IMG/VR virus record: IMGVR_UViG_3300032212_000035
Location: 1-43,154 of that record
DNA from: a virus
Taxonomy: Duplodnaviria > Caudoviricetes
Strand: one strand, 5' to 3'
DNA length: 43,154 bases
How positions within the stretch are numbered: position 1 is the stretch's first letter; each line of letters begins with the position of its first letter. This document shows positions 34,273 to 43,154 of the stretch, piece by piece. Made by a program: the position numbers and the translations under genes. The notes under the pieces are model-generated. The model saw only the letters and a list, made by a program, of their open reading frames with translations. It had not been told where the DNA came from and made no database searches.

Positions 34273-35460
34273 TTAAGACCCACTATTTGATAATGGAAAC
34301 GTACTTATTTCTGGAAACCCTTCAGACAATTCAACAACCCAATCCCCATACTCATCAGTTAATATATATGTAATATCACCAAATAATGATGGATCAAAAT
34401 GAGGTGGTTTAACTCCTGTTTCAGACTCTCGCCCAATCGAATACACATATCTATTTACAATATAACTTACAACATCAGCCAGCTCTAAATACAAACTTTC
34501 TGTGGGGGTAACAAACACCGGGCTCTTAACTGGTAATCCTCTTGTAAGGTATGCCCATAAAAGCGTCAACCGAAAGCCCTTAAATAAATTCTTCGCCCAT
34601 CCGTCATCTCCTGTTCTTTCAAAGTAAAACTTAGGAGACAATCCACTATTTGAAAACTCTCTAATTATTTGCATTAATGCAGAATTATATATACCACTCT
34701 GACATTCTTTTTTTACCTTATCTTTCAGATTTACTCCACTTTTTACTCCAACAGCAGTATAAATCTTTATTTTTCCATCTAAATTATATTCACGTATTAA
34801 TTTTAGTAGTTCTTTTAACTTGTTTATAATAAATTCACTTTTATTATGCTTCAAATATTCGATTGAATTCCTTTTATCTTTATGGAGAATCTCCATCATA
34901 TGAAGCACCCAGTTTTTAGGATCAATGGATGGAGCCAGGGAATTTTTAATACTATGAAATCGTCTTTCAAACTCATTTTTATCTTTTTCATCACCTAAAA
35001 ATGACACAAATGAATATGTAAATATAGTATTCCCACAAACGACGCTCGATGCTTCATCACCATAAACGTCAACTTCACCTTGATAACCGGAAGAAGGAAT
35101 TCCAAAAGAAATCTTATCGCCGCACTCTTCACACTCTATTTCACAACTAGAATATCGTAACAAACCTCTTTCTTCACAATAGAATACTGCAACTGGATAC
35201 CTTTTCGTAACCCATTCTGGAACAAATCTATGTCCATTAGAACATGTGACAGTAATTCCTAACAGCTCTTCAGGCACATGCTTTGTTTCTACTAATGTTT
35301 TATCATATATTTTTTTACTCAAAAATATACATGATTCCTTATTAATCCAATGACTACGATCTAGACCCAAATCACGAACAAGATCATTTATATTGTCATA
35401 GCTACTTTTAAGCTGGCGAAATTTCTTAGCCTTATTATGACTAGACTTATTAGCCATCAA
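34273..35460 (-). CDS. AT-rich protein with Zn-ribbon and DUF3800-like (RNase H-like) domain
   Basis: CSNGH/CEEC, VYGDEAS, LELADVVSY motifs. Confidence 0.6.
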   Translation of the reverse strand: MMANKSSHNKAKKFRQLKSSYDNINDLVRDLGLDRSHWINKESCIFLSKKIYDKTLVETKHVPEELLGITVTCSNGHRFVPEWVTKRYPVAVFYCEERGLLRYSSCEIECEECGDKISFGIPSSGYQGEVDVYGDEASSVVCGNTIFTYSFVSFLGDEKDKNEFERRFHSIKNSLAPSIDPKNWVLHMMEILHKDKRNSIEYLKHNKSEFIINKLKELLKLIREYNLDGKIKIYTAVGVKSGVNLKDKVKKECQSGIYNSALMQIIREFSNSGLSPKFYFERTGDDGWAKNLFKGFRLTLLWAYLTRGLPVKSPVFVTPTESLYLELADVVSYIVNRYVYSIGRESETGVKPPHFDPSLFGDITYILTDEYGDWVVELSEGFPEISTFPLSNSGS

Positions 35461-35505
35461 AAGGCTTCCGCAGCAATCGCACCAAGGCCACTTATCCTCA
35501 CTTAA

Positions 35506-35718
35506 CTACCTCCCCTTATTAACGTTATCATCCTTTGAGTTATCAGGATTATCTCTCACGTATTTTTGATCATTTACTTTAACCACGTGAGCATCAGGGT
35601 GCTTGCCGTTTTCAACCTCCTTAACAACTGTTTTTCTCGGCACATTTTTCCTTTTCCCGATGTTATAAGTCTCATTACGACCACCTGGACCGTCATTGTT
35701 TCCTCTGATTTTGGTCAT
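35506..35718 (-). CDS. Small DUF3892-like protein
   Basis: VVKEVENG...HVVKVNDQKYVRDNPDNSKDDNV; GGGGAG RBS. Confidence 0.65.
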   Translation of the reverse strand: MTKIRGNNDGPGGRNETYNIGKRKNVPRKTVVKEVENGKHPDAHVVKVNDQKYVRDNPDNSKDDNVNKGR

Positions 35719-35849
35719 TTCACATACTCCCCCAAGTAATAGGCTTATGCCTAAAACACAAGATATAGTATTGGGTATTTCAGGTCAATACCTTATGTCG
35801 TATTAAATAACTAAATTAATGTATTGATAAACTACAATAATGCCCGGTT

Positions 35850-36518
35850 TTAGCAAACCTCATTAAACATCTCAATCAACCTATCCATAGAGATATCAAC
35901 ATAATCAAGCGTAGTTTGTGGGTCATCATGCCCCAATATCCTAGCCATCTGATCAAGCGTCCTGCCCTGCCTGATAATCGAGTTAGTCACCATTGATTTA
36001 CGCCCACTATGGCTGCTCGCATCCTTCAGGCCAGATTTTTTATATATCTCTCTGATACTGTGCTCTAACGCATCACTAGCTCTATAAGACTTAACCGTTC
36101 CATCCATTAATACTCGAGTCTTTTCAGTGAGCGCATAAGGCCTGCCACGATTATTAAATAAAAGTTTACTATCAGGATTTAGAGTTTGATAACTATCATC
36201 ATTTGGCATTGTTCCCCAGCGCCTCTTAATTCTGTAATCAATCCATTCCTGAATGATTTGCCTCGTTAGCTTATTGGTTAGCCAAATAGTACGCGGCTTA
36301 AGCCCCTTGCATATTGCTGCAGGTAAATGAATCTCTTCTCTGATAGCGCCCGATGGATAAAGAACAGTTTTAGTCTGTAGCCTGGCAACCTCAGATACTC
36401 TCATTGCCGCATGACTTAATACCAATGCACAGCGTTTACCTTCACTATGAGTCATTAGATTACAAACTTTTAATACATGTTTTATTTGTGCTGATGATAT
36501 TGCTATTGCTTTACTAAT
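35850..36518 (-). CDS. Second tyrosine recombinase, catalytic domain only (~222 aa, putative ATT start)
   Basis: AMRVSE, ICKG, SSHSGR, ILGH, TLDY catalytic set; frame stays open to ATT at 36516-36518 behind AAGGAG. Confidence 0.9.
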   Translation of the reverse strand: MSKAIAISSAQIKHVLKVCNLMTHSEGKRCALVLSHAAMRVSEVARLQTKTVLYPSGAIREEIHLPAAICKGLKPRTIWLTNKLTRQIIQEWIDYRIKRRWGTMPNDDSYQTLNPDSKLLFNNRGRPYALTEKTRVLMDGTVKSYRASDALEHSIREIYKKSGLKDASSHSGRKSMVTNSIIRQGRTLDQMARILGHDDPQTTLDYVDISMDRLIEMFNEVC

Positions 36519-36601
36519 TGTATGTATACTCCTTAAAAATTCGAATATACGGACAATGCTTTTTCAGCATCACCTTATTCGTTTATAACATGATTTATAA
36601 A

Positions 36602-36618
36602 GACTTCCACGGAAAGTC
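36602..36618. other. Imperfect palindrome containing the array motif, upstream of recombinase
   Basis: GACTTCCACGGAAAGTC. Confidence 0.6.
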
Positions 36619-36723
36619 CGTGAGTCTCATCAGTTACTGTGTGACATAGGGATTTTTCCCACATACAGCAATTAAAATATTTGTTATCGTGTCACGCATA
36701 ACAACTATATAGGGATGTAAGCG

Positions 36724-37275
36724 GTGAACAAGCTCCTACTATTAATATGCTTATTCGTTTTTCAGAGCTGCTCAAATATGCCTGGTATGCCGGGCCATAT
36801 TACCGAAAGCACCTCAAAATTTGATGGTAGAAAAACACTGGCGATGGAACCGGCCTGGCTCTACAACACCACCAGTTTAAAGCTAGGCTTGTACAAAGAT
36901 AGCACCCTTCCCAAAGATAAAGTCATCCTCACCGCGGTTGCAGTCGGCGCACACGCCATTTCCCCAGGCAAGTCTTTGAAATTCAATATTGACAATGAAA
37001 CGGTCGCCCTTAAAACCCATCAGCAACTGACCCATATAAAAACAACCGCTGGTACACATGGATATGTCCGTTCCCACGAAGGCGCACACGCGCGTAGCTA
37101 TAACGCTTCATCCAAAGACTACCTGGTGGATATCACCTTCATAAAACGCATCCTTAAAGCTGAAAACGTCGCAGTGAGGCTGGACTTTAGAAACTCTTAC
37201 GCAGAAGGCATCTTCTCCCACGATGGAATATCCCTTGCGCGGCCAGCGTTCAACAATTTTATGAAAAAACTATAA
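36724..37275 (+). CDS. Lipoprotein moron
   Basis: Signal peptide with lipobox FQSC; opposite orientation to tail genes. Confidence 0.8.
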   Translation: MNKLLLLICLFVFQSCSNMPGMPGHITESTSKFDGRKTLAMEPAWLYNTTSLKLGLYKDSTLPKDKVILTAVAVGAHAISPGKSLKFNIDNETVALKTHQQLTHIKTTAGTHGYVRSHEGAHARSYNASSKDYLVDITFIKRILKAENVAVRLDFRNSYAEGIFSHDGISLARPAFNNFMKKL

Positions 37276-37308
37276 AGCCCTTACCACAATACGGAGCATA
37301 TTAGGAAA

Positions 37309-37764
37309 ATGCGTTTTTTAATTTTACTGTTGACAGTGCTATCAACCAGTTGCACTAAGGACGACCCAAGCGATAATAATCACGGTTTTGGGTTTGATGT
37401 AGACGCTGTTGATAGCACCACCGGCATTTCTGTTAAGTATAATGAAGCAGATACTTTTCAATTTCCAATAGAGTTGATAGTCGAGACATATCACATCACT
37501 GAAAACTGTTTAGGCCTTTATAGCGATAAAGGCCCGCCTGTTATAATCACGAACAACAGCAACAACCTTATTATAAATGGCGTGCAATTTAGCGGTTATT
37601 TTTATCACTCACCACCACTCGTGGTAGTCCATGACGGCTTACTATCAATGAACGATACATTCAGACTCGAGCATGAATTCATACACTATTTATTGCAAGC
37701 CAACGGTCAAAACCCTAACCACACGGAAGAGAATCAAATTTTGTTTGATCGTTGCTCGATTTAA
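37309..37764 (+). CDS. Lipoprotein with HExxH zincin motif
   Basis: MRFLILLLTVLSTSC lipobox; LEHEFIHYLL...NH. Confidence 0.75.
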   Translation: MRFLILLLTVLSTSCTKDDPSDNNHGFGFDVDAVDSTTGISVKYNEADTFQFPIELIVETYHITENCLGLYSDKGPPVIITNNSNNLIINGVQFSGYFYHSPPLVVVHDGLLSMNDTFRLEHEFIHYLLQANGQNPNHTEENQILFDRCSI

Positions 37765-37765
37765 T

Positions 37766-40700
37766 TTATCTATTATCAATGTCTTTCTCGTTCTGAAAAA
37801 ACACCTCACCAACAACGGTTCCAAGGGTATTGACTTTCTCAACACGATACCAATGCCCAGCATTTACAGGAATACATACTGAGCCTTCTGGGTTCGTTGC
37901 ATTATCGACACTTGCACCACCTATTTGAGGGTTAGTACCTGGTGGAGCGGTTGGACCTATATAAACACGACAATAACCTCTGGTTGATGCAGAAATAGAA
38001 CTTAACCTTACATTCAAAAAGCCGTCCTGACCAGCTTGCCAGTCTTGATCGAAGTTAGTTGTTGTACTCGTGAGTTTAGTATCCCTAGCTTGAAAAGCCG
38101 TGATGAAATTTAACCACTTACCATTTTTTCTCCAATGCAAATCACCCGCACTTCTAGCAAGCGCTCCATCTGCTGCCGATGCATGCAGAGTTATATCATT
38201 TGACAAAAGAACATGACCAAAACTTGTTGCTTGCACACTTACTTGATAACCGAAGCCAACACCGGCTGAATGCGCCCTAATTGCGGCCTGCTCCCCTGAA
38301 CTCAAACCATAAATAGCATTGTCACTGTTTGAAATAGCAGATATACAGCGGCCAAGTCCATTAGTTGCGTAGTTACCTGCATTATTAATCGACATTGTTG
38401 GCAAGGCTGCGTTATTTTTTAAATTTGCAGCCATCGCATTTTCAGTGCCTAGATCACCAAATATTAAGGATATATCAGTGCCTAGCGCGTTATAACCGAA
38501 AGACCCTATCAGCGCATTTGCAGGGCTGTAATTTCTTATTTCATTTGATCCTGCTGTGTTGATCTCAACCCGCTTACCAGATGTCGCAGTCGTAAAGCTT
38601 GAACTTGTTATTGCCCCAGCTGTTACCGCTCCCAGAGTTGCATGAATTGCTGATAAACTGGGAACAGTAATAGAGCTTTCTGTAATCTCGGTGATAAATG
38701 ACTCATTAATCGACGCCAGGTCAAAGAAGCTCCCCATATTAATGACGGTAAATACGCCGCCAATATTTACGCCAATTGTGGCGCCTACTGTTGCATTGTT
38801 CGCAGGTTTAGCCGTTCCACCAACCTGTGTAGCATAATCTGCGACATTCAAATCAGCTAAAGAACCTGTGTTTCTAGTAGCATTGTCCGCTGGCTTTGTA
38901 GCCCCAACCACATGAGCAGAATAATCAACCGTGTTAAGGTCCGCTAGCGCTCCAGTGTTACGAGTAGCGCCCGCTTGGATGGGTATAAATGCTGATGCAT
39001 TTAAAGTTGTGAGTGTCGCAGTGGCTGATTCTATTCTCTGATCATTTGTAATAAATACGGCTTTGATTAAAAAGTTGTAAGTGCCGGCAACAAGTAAAGG
39101 GATAGTCAAATAATTTAATTGAACATCGGCAACAGGGTTTGCACCTTCCCAAACAGTACCTGCTCTTATTTCAAACGATGATAAGTCAGCCGCTATTATT
39201 CGATTCCATTTTAATAATATATTTTCGCCTGAGATTTCAGAAGTAAATCCTGTTACATCTGGGGCCGCTGGTTCAGTTTCTAACTCTGGTGTTGCGGGCT
39301 CTGGAATGTATTGCACAACATAAGCTGACTCGCCCATGTCATGCCCTTCAGTCCCAATTGTAGCAGAAAAACTATTTGGCGGCTGGTAATCACTGCCAGC
39401 AAGTCTGTCACCCTTATATGGACTATTACCGTGCCATGAAGTCAGATAAAGGTTAAGGTCTGGCGGCGTCGGATTTCCATCAAGATACACAGCAAGACCG
39501 CCAGGTGCTCCACCTGCACCTGGTGATCCGTGAAGCACTGTTCCTCTTAAGTTATATGTTGGTTCATTATTGATTGGTGCGTCATCACCTGATAAATCAA
39601 TGCCACCACCTGAACCAAAAGACATTCCTCTGGCGACAATTTTTAAACCGGCACCGCTATTGCCGCCAGCCGTACCGGAAACCCTTATGGTTCTTGTTGA
39701 GTTGTGTCCAGTACTAAAAACTCCGCCGCCGCTTCCCGATGTTCCTATTAAATTCTCATATGCACCGTCTATTGAAGTTAAATTATTGACTATTGCTCTG
39801 GTATGAATCTCAGCTGGCCCAATTACTTGAGGGTTATCAGTATAAAAACCAGGTATTGGAAAACTTCCATCACCACAAGGATTCGTTATTCCTAACCCGC
39901 CTTTAATTCCTACAACTCCATTATGCTTTGGTGCAGGCGCGTTTAAAGGCCATGATATTGCTTTTGATCCATTACTCCAGAGACTGGCACCCGCCCCCCC
40001 AGCATGCCCTTGCCCTTTGCCGTCAATCTTTCCATTGATTGTTAAATGCCCTTTTATTCTAAGCTCGACGTTCTGTGTAATCGTAACAATAACGCCCGGA
40101 TCAATTGTTAGATCACCATTATAATAATAAACGGCGTCTTTCATTAACGGCGCACCGGTCAATGTACCGTTTGCAGTTACAGCGCCGCCGACAATTGTTA
40201 ATACGGTTGATAGCTCTGTTCCTTGGCTCGTATAGAACAAGTCATCCATAACAGCCGAGAGCGTTGTTCTTGAAAGCGTTCCAGCCTTTTGGCTTGACGC
40301 AAACAGATCTAATACAAGCTTGCCTGTTTTCCAATTCATCTTAACTTGCTGAATTTCAAAAACTCGGTCTAATATTTCGCGGTCTTTATCGTATGAGTCA
40401 TGCAACTGATCCAGCGTCACGCGCACAGTATCGCCAACTTCCAAATAATTTAGGCTAGGTAAGACCTCTAATGATAAACGCAGAGGCGGGCCGCTGTAAC
40501 GGTCTCGCATGGTGTCAAAATAATTTCGTAAGTCCTGGTCAGTATGTGCGCCTGTGTGCACAGCTCGAAGTTCAATTTCTTTTTGTTCCGCAACTTGATC
40601 AATTGCAATACTATCTAGATCTTCAAGGTCTGTTCTTTTTGTAAAATCATCTTTTTGATAGACATAATTCCATTTAACAGACCAGCGATTGATAACAGAT

Positions 40701-42067
40701 TTAAGGTCTTCTGTGAGTGAAGAGTAACTAACAATATTTGTATTATTTAAATGTGCGACATAGCCAGAATTAGAAAGCACGGGACTTAACCTTTTTAGCC
40801 CAAACTCACCCGTGGAATAGACAGGCATAAACGCGCCAAGCCAGAACATTAATTCTGTTTCTATAAATTTTTTACCGTCAGTTTCTTTATGGCCTTCTAT
40901 GCGTACATGCCGGCCTTTGTCGGTTACTGTATCCCAAACATCAGAACCTATATTTTCAAAGTCAGACAGGCGCACGTTGACCGTATCTATGCCAAGCGTC
41001 CAATGCGCAGGATATGGCCCGCCGGTTAACAAGTCATAAGCAACCTTAGGTGCTGGCCCCTCAATGTAGATATGTTCTGTTATTTTTGGCTGTCGGTCTG
41101 ACGCTTTGCCTGCATCGTGAACGTGTTCAGAGGCAATAGTGTTTAACGCACCTCGCCCTGTGACTATTTCGTAAGTGTCACCTGCATCCCAGTCGTTGTC
41201 TGTGCCTCCTGAGAGTGTAGCGACTACCGTTGTAGACGCGTTCCCAGTGATAATACCTTCTGAGCCGTCGCTAGTGTTCTTGATTAACAGACCGATTAGT
41301 GAATCTACTGCAAAGTTTTGCGTGTTGTCAGTCAATCCCGCAGCATTAGCGGCGCCTGAATGTGTACCGGTATGTTCGGCAATTACATTAGCGCTTACAC
41401 CGTCTGTGGAATGTGTAAAGAGGCCGTCACAACATATTATCTCTTTACCCAGGCGAATATAGAAAACGGATTTATTGGGCCGGTCTGTGTAACTTGAGTC
41501 GTGCAGCACTGTTTCGAAAGCCGTTAGACTTGACGTTAATACAGGGATGTGGCCTTGAGTAGCTGTGACAGATTTAGACAGAAATTTTTCAACAGGCTTA
41601 AATATTTTCTGCCTTGCCTTTCGTTGAATATCAGAGCAATTAAATTTCTTGTCAGCGCCTTTCCCTGTTATGCCATCGATAATATAAGTCAGAACCGGTT
41701 CATAATTGGCCCACTCTTGACCTTCAAAGCCTACATAAGCTTTTATTTGCTTATGACGTAAACCGCGCCCAAAGTCGCGTTTATCCCTGATGTAGTTATT
41801 AATCACCTTATCGAAGTCAACAATGGAAAAGTTAAAGCTGCCAATTGTTGCGTTTGCTTTGTCTGGATTGATCTTTTGAGATGTGCCTGATATTTCTCTA
41901 ACCACATTACTAATAACAGGCACACCCGCAGGGGTTGCGGTGTCTTCATGTGAAGTGAGGGCGAGCAAGTCCGTATTAGCTGTGTCAAAACTGATAACTA
42001 AAGTGAATCGAGGAGATTTTTCAGAAGCCGAATTGAACCCTACAAAATTAGTATTGTATATTCTCAA
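37766..42067 (-). CDS. Tail tip/hub plus central fibre (host-specificity) protein
   Basis: 1433 aa; hub-like N-terminus, Gly-rich segment, FN3-like domain (ILLKWN...FEIRAG), short repeats, variable C-terminus; start uncertain. Confidence 0.85.
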   Translation of the reverse strand: MRIYNTNFVGFNSASEKSPRFTLVISFDTANTDLLALTSHEDTATPAGVPVISNVVREISGTSQKINPDKANATIGSFNFSIVDFDKVINNYIRDKRDFGRGLRHKQIKAYVGFEGQEWANYEPVLTYIIDGITGKGADKKFNCSDIQRKARQKIFKPVEKFLSKSVTATQGHIPVLTSSLTAFETVLHDSSYTDRPNKSVFYIRLGKEIICCDGLFTHSTDGVSANVIAEHTGTHSGAANAAGLTDNTQNFAVDSLIGLLIKNTSDGSEGIITGNASTTVVATLSGGTDNDWDAGDTYEIVTGRGALNTIASEHVHDAGKASDRQPKITEHIYIEGPAPKVAYDLLTGGPYPAHWTLGIDTVNVRLSDFENIGSDVWDTVTDKGRHVRIEGHKETDGKKFIETELMFWLGAFMPVYSTGEFGLKRLSPVLSNSGYVAHLNNTNIVSYSSLTEDLKSVINRWSVKWNYVYQKDDFTKRTDLEDLDSIAIDQVAEQKEIELRAVHTGAHTDQDLRNYFDTMRDRYSGPPLRLSLEVLPSLNYLEVGDTVRVTLDQLHDSYDKDREILDRVFEIQQVKMNWKTGKLVLDLFASSQKAGTLSRTTLSAVMDDLFYTSQGTELSTVLTIVGGAVTANGTLTGAPLMKDAVYYYNGDLTIDPGVIVTITQNVELRIKGHLTINGKIDGKGQGHAGGAGASLWSNGSKAISWPLNAPAPKHNGVVGIKGGLGITNPCGDGSFPIPGFYTDNPQVIGPAEIHTRAIVNNLTSIDGAYENLIGTSGSGGGVFSTGHNSTRTIRVSGTAGGNSGAGLKIVARGMSFGSGGGIDLSGDDAPINNEPTYNLRGTVLHGSPGAGGAPGGLAVYLDGNPTPPDLNLYLTSWHGNSPYKGDRLAGSDYQPPNSFSATIGTEGHDMGESAYVVQYIPEPATPELETEPAAPDVTGFTSEISGENILLKWNRIIAADLSSFEIRAGTVWEGANPVADVQLNYLTIPLLVAGTYNFLIKAVFITNDQRIESATATLTTLNASAFIPIQAGATRNTGALADLNTVDYSAHVVGATKPADNATRNTGSLADLNVADYATQVGGTAKPANNATVGATIGVNIGGVFTVINMGSFFDLASINESFITEITESSITVPSLSAIHATLGAVTAGAITSSSFTTATSGKRVEINTAGSNEIRNYSPANALIGSFGYNALGTDISLIFGDLGTENAMAANLKNNAALPTMSINNAGNYATNGLGRCISAISNSDNAIYGLSSGEQAAIRAHSAGVGFGYQVSVQATSFGHVLLSNDITLHASAADGALARSAGDLHWRKNGKWLNFITAFQARDTKLTSTTTNFDQDWQAGQDGFLNVRLSSISASTRGYCRVYIGPTAPPGTNPQIGGASVDNATNPEGSVCIPVNAGHWYRVEKVNTLGTVVGEVFFQNEKDIDNR

Positions 42068-42080
42068 TGTTTGCGCCCAT

Positions 42081-42104
42081 AAAAAAGCCCCTAAAAAGGG
42101 GCTT
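42081..42104 (-). terminator. Intrinsic terminator between Dit-like and tail-tip genes
   Basis: AAGCCCC-ttttta-GGGGCTT followed by T run on minus strand. Confidence 0.7.
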
Positions 42105-42127
42105 GATAGAATGTGTTAATGTGCTTT

Positions 42128-43154
42128 TTATACTTCTCGAACTTTCATAGAAATAGTGAATTCGTCATTAGTGCCGTTTCGCTTTGGTCTGTAGCCAGGG
42201 TCAGCTTTAACTATTGACTGTGTGTCTGGATTATCTGTAGTACCGTATGGGTCAAATGTGAATGACTCCCCTTTTTCAACCGACCTGAAAAAGTTTTTGA
42301 TTGCTGATAAATTTTCACGCTGCTTATTAATGATCGTGAAATTATGAAACACGTCCCGGCGCTCAAAAGTGGTTTCTTGATTGCCGCCGATTGCTATTAC
42401 AGGATGCGCAATAGGTCTATCGCTTTGATCGTACTGGTTGAGGATTAAATCAAGATCATACTCCACCCCCTCAACAGTTAGGTTTTCGTATTCTTTGAAC
42501 AACTCTTTTTCTTGGTTATAGATCGCTTGTATTTGGAGTGGTGATAATGCGCCGGAGCCTGCCATAATCAAGCAAGCATTTCCTCTTAAATACCACGCTG
42601 GATCAACTAATGATCCGCCAATAATAGAGCTAGTATTTATGGTTATATTTCTAGCGGTTACTGTCTGACTTATGATAAGCGAACTATTTATATATAAATC
42701 TAGTATTGTTCCTGCGTTTCTTCTTACGCCTACAAATTGAAATATTTCATTCGAGTTAATTGGTGCAATAACCTGACTGTTAACGCCAGAAGCTCTAGTA
42801 TTAAAATATAAATTTCCACCTGTCACATAAACACGTAAGGCCGTTGTATTTGCCACATCTCCTCTTTCATATATGACTTGTACCGGCTCAGTGTTTGATA
42901 GTTTTACCCAGCCTCTTACAATAAAATCACTTGTTCCAAAGTCAAGCGCTGGATTATAAGCCTGTTCTAAATAATCATTAACAGAAAACCCAGACCATGC
43001 TTGAAGCTCGCAGCCTGTATTTACAGGTGATTTAGTAAGTTGTCCCTTTACCTCCAAGGCTAAATCATTCGGGCTTAAATCATGACTTGATCCGTAGCCT
43101 TGTAGTTCTGTTGTTTCGGTTAACTGTGTACCCCATATATACATACCGCCAGTG
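42128..43154 (-). CDS. 3' part of the same Dit-like protein (LamG-like domain plus Dit-like C-terminus)
   Basis: LamG-like segment (FGTSDFIVRGWVK...LDLYIN...ALSPLQIQAIYN) followed by ...GESFTFDPYGT...; continuous with 1-1092. Confidence 0.8.
   Translation of the reverse strand, partial: TGGMYIWGTQLTETTELQGYGSSHDLSPNDLALEVKGQLTKSPVNTGCELQAWSGFSVNDYLEQAYNPALDFGTSDFIVRGWVKLSNTEPVQVIYERGDVANTTALRVYVTGGNLYFNTRASGVNSQVIAPINSNEIFQFVGVRRNAGTILDLYINSSLIISQTVTARNITINTSSIIGGSLVDPAWYLRGNACLIMAGSGALSPLQIQAIYNQEKELFKEYENLTVEGVEYDLDLILNQYDQSDRPIAHPVIAIGGNQETTFERRDVFHNFTIINKQRENLSAIKNFFRSVEKGESFTFDPYGTTDNPDTQSIVKADPGYRPKRNGTNDEFTISMKVREV
43028..43154 (+). repeat. 127-bp terminal direct repeat, copy 2
   Basis: Identical to 1-127. 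Confidence 0.95.

Larger units (their letters stand above)
1..43154. mobile_element. Complete circular temperate lambdoid siphophage genome (excised/free form, ~43,027 bp)
   Basis: Full set of head, tail, lysis, immunity, replication and integration genes; identical ends; attP uninterrupted; no host genes. Confidence 0.95.

Noticed and set aside
25041-36518. Classical integron (IntI plus attC)
   Set aside because: Intergenic gaps are too short for attC hairpins, the recombinase is much shorter than IntI, and it is co-oriented with the array rather than divergent
37766-38300. Diversity-generating retroelement or shufflon acting on the tail fibre tip
   Set aside because: No reverse transcriptase ORF, no template repeat and no alternative fibre C-termini seen near the second recombinase

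Overview
The window is a complete, circularly assembled temperate siphophage genome of about 43,027 bp. Bases 1-127 repeat exactly at 43028-43154, an assembly overlap that splits one tail gene. It has a lambda-like head and packaging module (TerS, TerL, gpW, portal, S49 protease with nested scaffold, gpD, gpE) with a recognisable cosQ-cosN. The tail module has a -1 frameshifting chaperone, and there is a cI-cro-cII-O-P-Q regulatory and replication block. Xis and Int lie next to an intact attP whose core is a tRNA 3' end (probably Leu), so this is the excised or free form. The host is probably a gammaproteobacterium (inference). The most unusual part is the ~13 kb between attP and the tail genes. 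There, about 23 short, unrelated, co-oriented genes are joined head-to-tail by one recurring junction motif (minus-strand consensus TAACGGAAA-N5-8-ATG). This array sits downstream of a second, catalytic-domain-only tyrosine recombinase, which appears to use an ATT start and has a palindromic copy of the motif upstream. It looks like a phage-borne, integron-like gene-cassette array, although a translational-control explanation is not excluded. The array is interrupted by a five-operator divergent switch (PAPS-reductase-like plus C5-methylase on one side, a small repressor on the other) and a RadC/KorC-like module. All family assignments are by eye from motifs and synteny; no searches were run.
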